The notes under the pieces are model-generated. The model was not told the DNA's origin. It saw only the letters and a list, made by a program, of their open reading frames with translations, and searched no databases. From Candidatus Komeilibacteria bacterium RIFCSPLOWO2_02_FULL_48_11 (GTDB lineage Bacteria > Patescibacteriota > Patescibacteriia > UBA2169): a stretch of 35,599 nucleotides of DNA. Below, in pieces: positions 33,603-35,599 of the stretch; positions within the stretch are counted from its first letter, which is position 1, and each line of letters begins with the position of its first letter. The DNA lies in contig MHKO01000059.1 in NCBI GenBank assembly GCA_001818435.1, forward strand, positions 5,217 through 40,815, read 5' to 3'. Made by a program: the position numbers and the translations under genes.

Positions 33603-34457
33603 TCATTTAACAGCTTCAATCCACAAACTTTGACCAACCACGGTAGTTAAATACTGACGAATCTTAGCCGGTAGAAAACGTCCTAAAGATAGGCAGTGAT
33701 GCGGCCAATGATCAATGGCCGTGGTGGTATCGTGGATGCTGACGCGGCATTGGCTGAACCGGCCGAACATTCTTCGTATTTGCCGTGAACTATAAAATTT
33801 AGTTAATTGATTTCCGCCTTGATAAACACCGTCTGTGTAACGATTGGCCAGTTGTTGTTTAGTCATCCTCAATAATCTACCGCGCAAAATGCCTTTTGAA
33901 AGCCAAATATACCACCACCAGTGCAAGGAATGCTTATTATACATCATGCCCGCCATTCTGCCACCGGGTTTTAAAACACGATATATTTCGCTTATTGCCT
34001 GCTCGGTATTCGGCATGTGCATTAAACACCCCCAAGCCAGAACATAGTCAAAGGTATTATCCGGCCAGGGCAGAACCTGGGCATCAGCCACCCGGATATC
34101 GGTCGCGGGTAAACCAAAAATAGTAAAACGCGTCTTGGCTAATTCCACGGCCTTGGGAGTGATATCAATGGCCGAGACATCAGCGCCGACTCGGGCAAAT
34201 TGTTCCGTGCTCCAGCCAGTGCCAATCGCAATGTCTAAAACGCGCTGGCCAACCAAACTCTCATAATCAATCACGGCCGACAAAGGGCGGCTGTCGCGCT
34301 GTCCCCAGGGGGTCCATTTAATGAATTTCCGATCCACTTCCCGAAAAAACGCCGCATCGGGCTTTATTTCCTTTTGCTCCAACGGATTATAAGTAAATGG
34401 ATTGTCGTTCCACCAATTTGTTACCTTCTTGTTCAGTTCTTCGTTTTCTTCCGTCAT
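33603..34457 (-). CDS. Class I SAM-dependent methyltransferase
   Basis: 284 aa. Motifs VLDIAIGTGWSTEQFARVGADVSAIDITPKAVELAK and LKPGGRMAGMMY. Confidence 0.8.
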   Translation of the reverse strand: MTEENEELNKKVTNWWNDNPFTYNPLEQKEIKPDAAFFREVDRKFIKWTPWGQRDSRPLSAVIDYESLVGQRVLDIAIGTGWSTEQFARVGADVSAIDITPKAVELAKTRFTIFGLPATDIRVADAQVLPWPDNTFDYVLAWGCLMHMPNTEQAISEIYRVLKPGGRMAGMMYNKHSLHWWWYIWLSKGILRGRLLRMTKQQLANRYTDGVYQGGNQLTKFYSSRQIRRMFGRFSQCRVSIHDTTTAIDHWPHHCLSLGRFLPAKIRQYLTTVVGQSLWIEAVK

Positions 34458-34464
34458 AATACGT

Positions 34465-35599
34465 TTATTTATTAAATTGTTTCAGCCACACCTGGAAAGT
34501 TAAAAGCGACCAAATCGTATTCAAAGCGTATTGCCGGCCGCTTAAATGACTATCAAAAACAGTTCTAATGGCCTTAAAGTCCAAGTACTCTTGAGCGGCC
34601 GGGTTATAATCCGGTGACAAAATCTCTTGCGCCCAATCTTTAAGATCGCCGCGCAACCATTTAGCCATTGGTGAAAAGAAACCGCGCTTGGGTTCATTAT
34701 ACACAAAATCGGGAAGATACTCTTGCATGGCCTCTTTAAAAAGTTTTTTACCGGATGTCCGGGAATCCATATTATATTTGGCCGGAATACGCATGGCTAA
34801 TTCAACCAAATCTTTATCAAGCAATGGAACGCGCACCTCCAGGCCATGCGCCATGCTCATGCGGTCGGTCCGATTTAAGGCATCGTCTAAAAGCCAGGTT
34901 TGCATGTCCAGATACTGCAAAGCCTTGGTTGAATCTTTGGGATTGAGCGCGCCGGAATTTGCAAAAAACTTCTTGTTAAAAAAATCGCGAGTAACACCCG
35001 GCCGATTAAAATCCGGGTTTAGCACCTGGCCGAGAGTTGTTTCTTTTTGCGCCATAAACAATAGCAGACGATCAACGCCGGATAAAGTATTAAGCTTGTT
35101 AAAGAGATCGATTTTACCGGCTAAATTAAAAAATCTCTGGCTGATAAAGTTATTCCGCAACCAGGCCGGCAAATACTGCCAGCGATCAATTAAGTGATTA
35201 AGATAATAACGGTCATAGCCGGCGAATAATTCATCCCCGCCGTCGCCCGACAGAGCCACAGCCACGTGTGGCTTAGTGGCTTGGGCTAATATATACATGG
35301 CGGTTTGCGTATGATTGGAGACCAAATCATCGGCCTGCCACACGACCTTGGCAAAATTATCGCGCACATCCCGCGCCGACATCATCAAACTGGTATGCTC
35401 ACTGCCAAAATACGCGCTCGTTTTTTTGGCAATCGCGAAATCAGCGTTATATTTTTCCGACTGAATGTCAGTAGCAAAACCCACGCTGAATGTTTGTGCT
35501 TTATGACCGGAGATTTCGGACATCAAGCCCAGTAATACAGTGGAATCAATACCACCGCTCAAATAAAGGCCCAGTGGCCGGTCGGAAACCAATTGGCGT
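34465..35599 (-). CDS. Asparagine synthase-family amidotransferase, C-terminal synthetase domain only (N-terminus lies beyond the right edge)
   Basis: PP-loop LYLSGGIDSTVLLGLM and LSGDGGDELFAGY. The frame stays open to the window end, and the track 'M' at 35592 is a TTG inside the gene (..RQLVSDRPLG). Confidence 0.85.
   Translation of the reverse strand, partial: RQLVSDRPLGLYLSGGIDSTVLLGLMSEISGHKAQTFSVGFATDIQSEKYNADFAIAKKTSAYFGSEHTSLMMSARDVRDNFAKVVWQADDLVSNHTQTAMYILAQATKPHVAVALSGDGGDELFAGYDRYYLNHLIDRWQYLPAWLRNNFISQRFFNLAGKIDLFNKLNTLSGVDRLLLFMAQKETTLGQVLNPDFNRPGVTRDFFNKKFFANSGALNPKDSTKALQYLDMQTWLLDDALNRTDRMSMAHGLEVRVPLLDKDLVELAMRIPAKYNMDSRTSGKKLFKEAMQEYLPDFVYNEPKRGFFSPMAKWLRGDLKDWAQEILSPDYNPAAQEYLDFKAIRTVFDSHLSGRQYALNTIWSLLTFQVWLKQFNK

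Noticed and set aside
905-35535. About 45 short ORFs (60-170 aa) in the supplied track that lie on the opposite strand or in alternate frames inside the long genes. Examples: 905..1201, 2363..2596, 5143..5328, 14306..14629, 17945..18307, 24312..24725 and 34688..35197.
   Set aside because: Each is fully nested in a longer ORF that has clear family motifs. Their sequences are low-complexity or Arg/Ser/Pro-rich, as is typical of shadow frames. None has a recognisable motif or its own intergenic context.
1-35599. CRISPR arrays, tRNA or rRNA genes, prophage or defense-system genes, and UGA recoding.
   Set aside because: I saw no regularly spaced direct repeats and no tRNA- or rRNA-like sequences. 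All large ORFs have glycan-pathway or IS motifs. TGA ends several well-supported genes (for example at 27893, 31517 and 33603), so the standard code applies.

Overview
35.6 kb, AT-rich (roughly 40% GC by eye, not computed). Almost the whole window is one long minus-strand gene array for building and tailoring a cell-surface glycan. It is interrupted once by an intact IS110-family insertion sequence at about 13.6-15.1 kb. From left to right the window contains: (i) a nonulosonic-acid-type module (1..4089): a NeuB-like synthase fragment, a Gfo/Idh/MocA oxidoreductase, a class-III aminotransferase, a cytidylyltransferase and a GNAT. (ii) An unusual tailoring block (4160..13505): a membrane SGNH hydrolase, an untracked 45-aa SxtJ-like micro-ORF, a NodU/CmcH carbamoyltransferase, an RfbH/ColD-like lysine-less 3-dehydratase, a CE4 deacetylase, a methyltransferase, an arginine-type amidinotransferase and an FkbM methyltransferase. 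(iii) The IS110 element, with a long structured non-coding arm and nested inverted repeats. (iv) A divergent KpsS/KpsC-like transferase, two GT4s, two GtrB/ArnC-like GT2s, two GT-C-like membrane proteins, an exostosin-like GT, RmlB, an SDR, a second CE4-like deacetylase, five more SAM methyltransferases and two asparagine-synthase-type amidotransferases. (v) A small plus-strand YdjM/DUF457-like gene of apparently higher GC, with its own promoter and terminator. I saw no rRNA, tRNA or CRISPR array. I also saw no obvious initiating phosphoglycosyltransferase, Wzx/Wzy or sugar-nucleotidyltransferase. TGA works as a stop codon, so the standard code applies. All product calls rest on motif recognition in the supplied translations. 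No database search was run.
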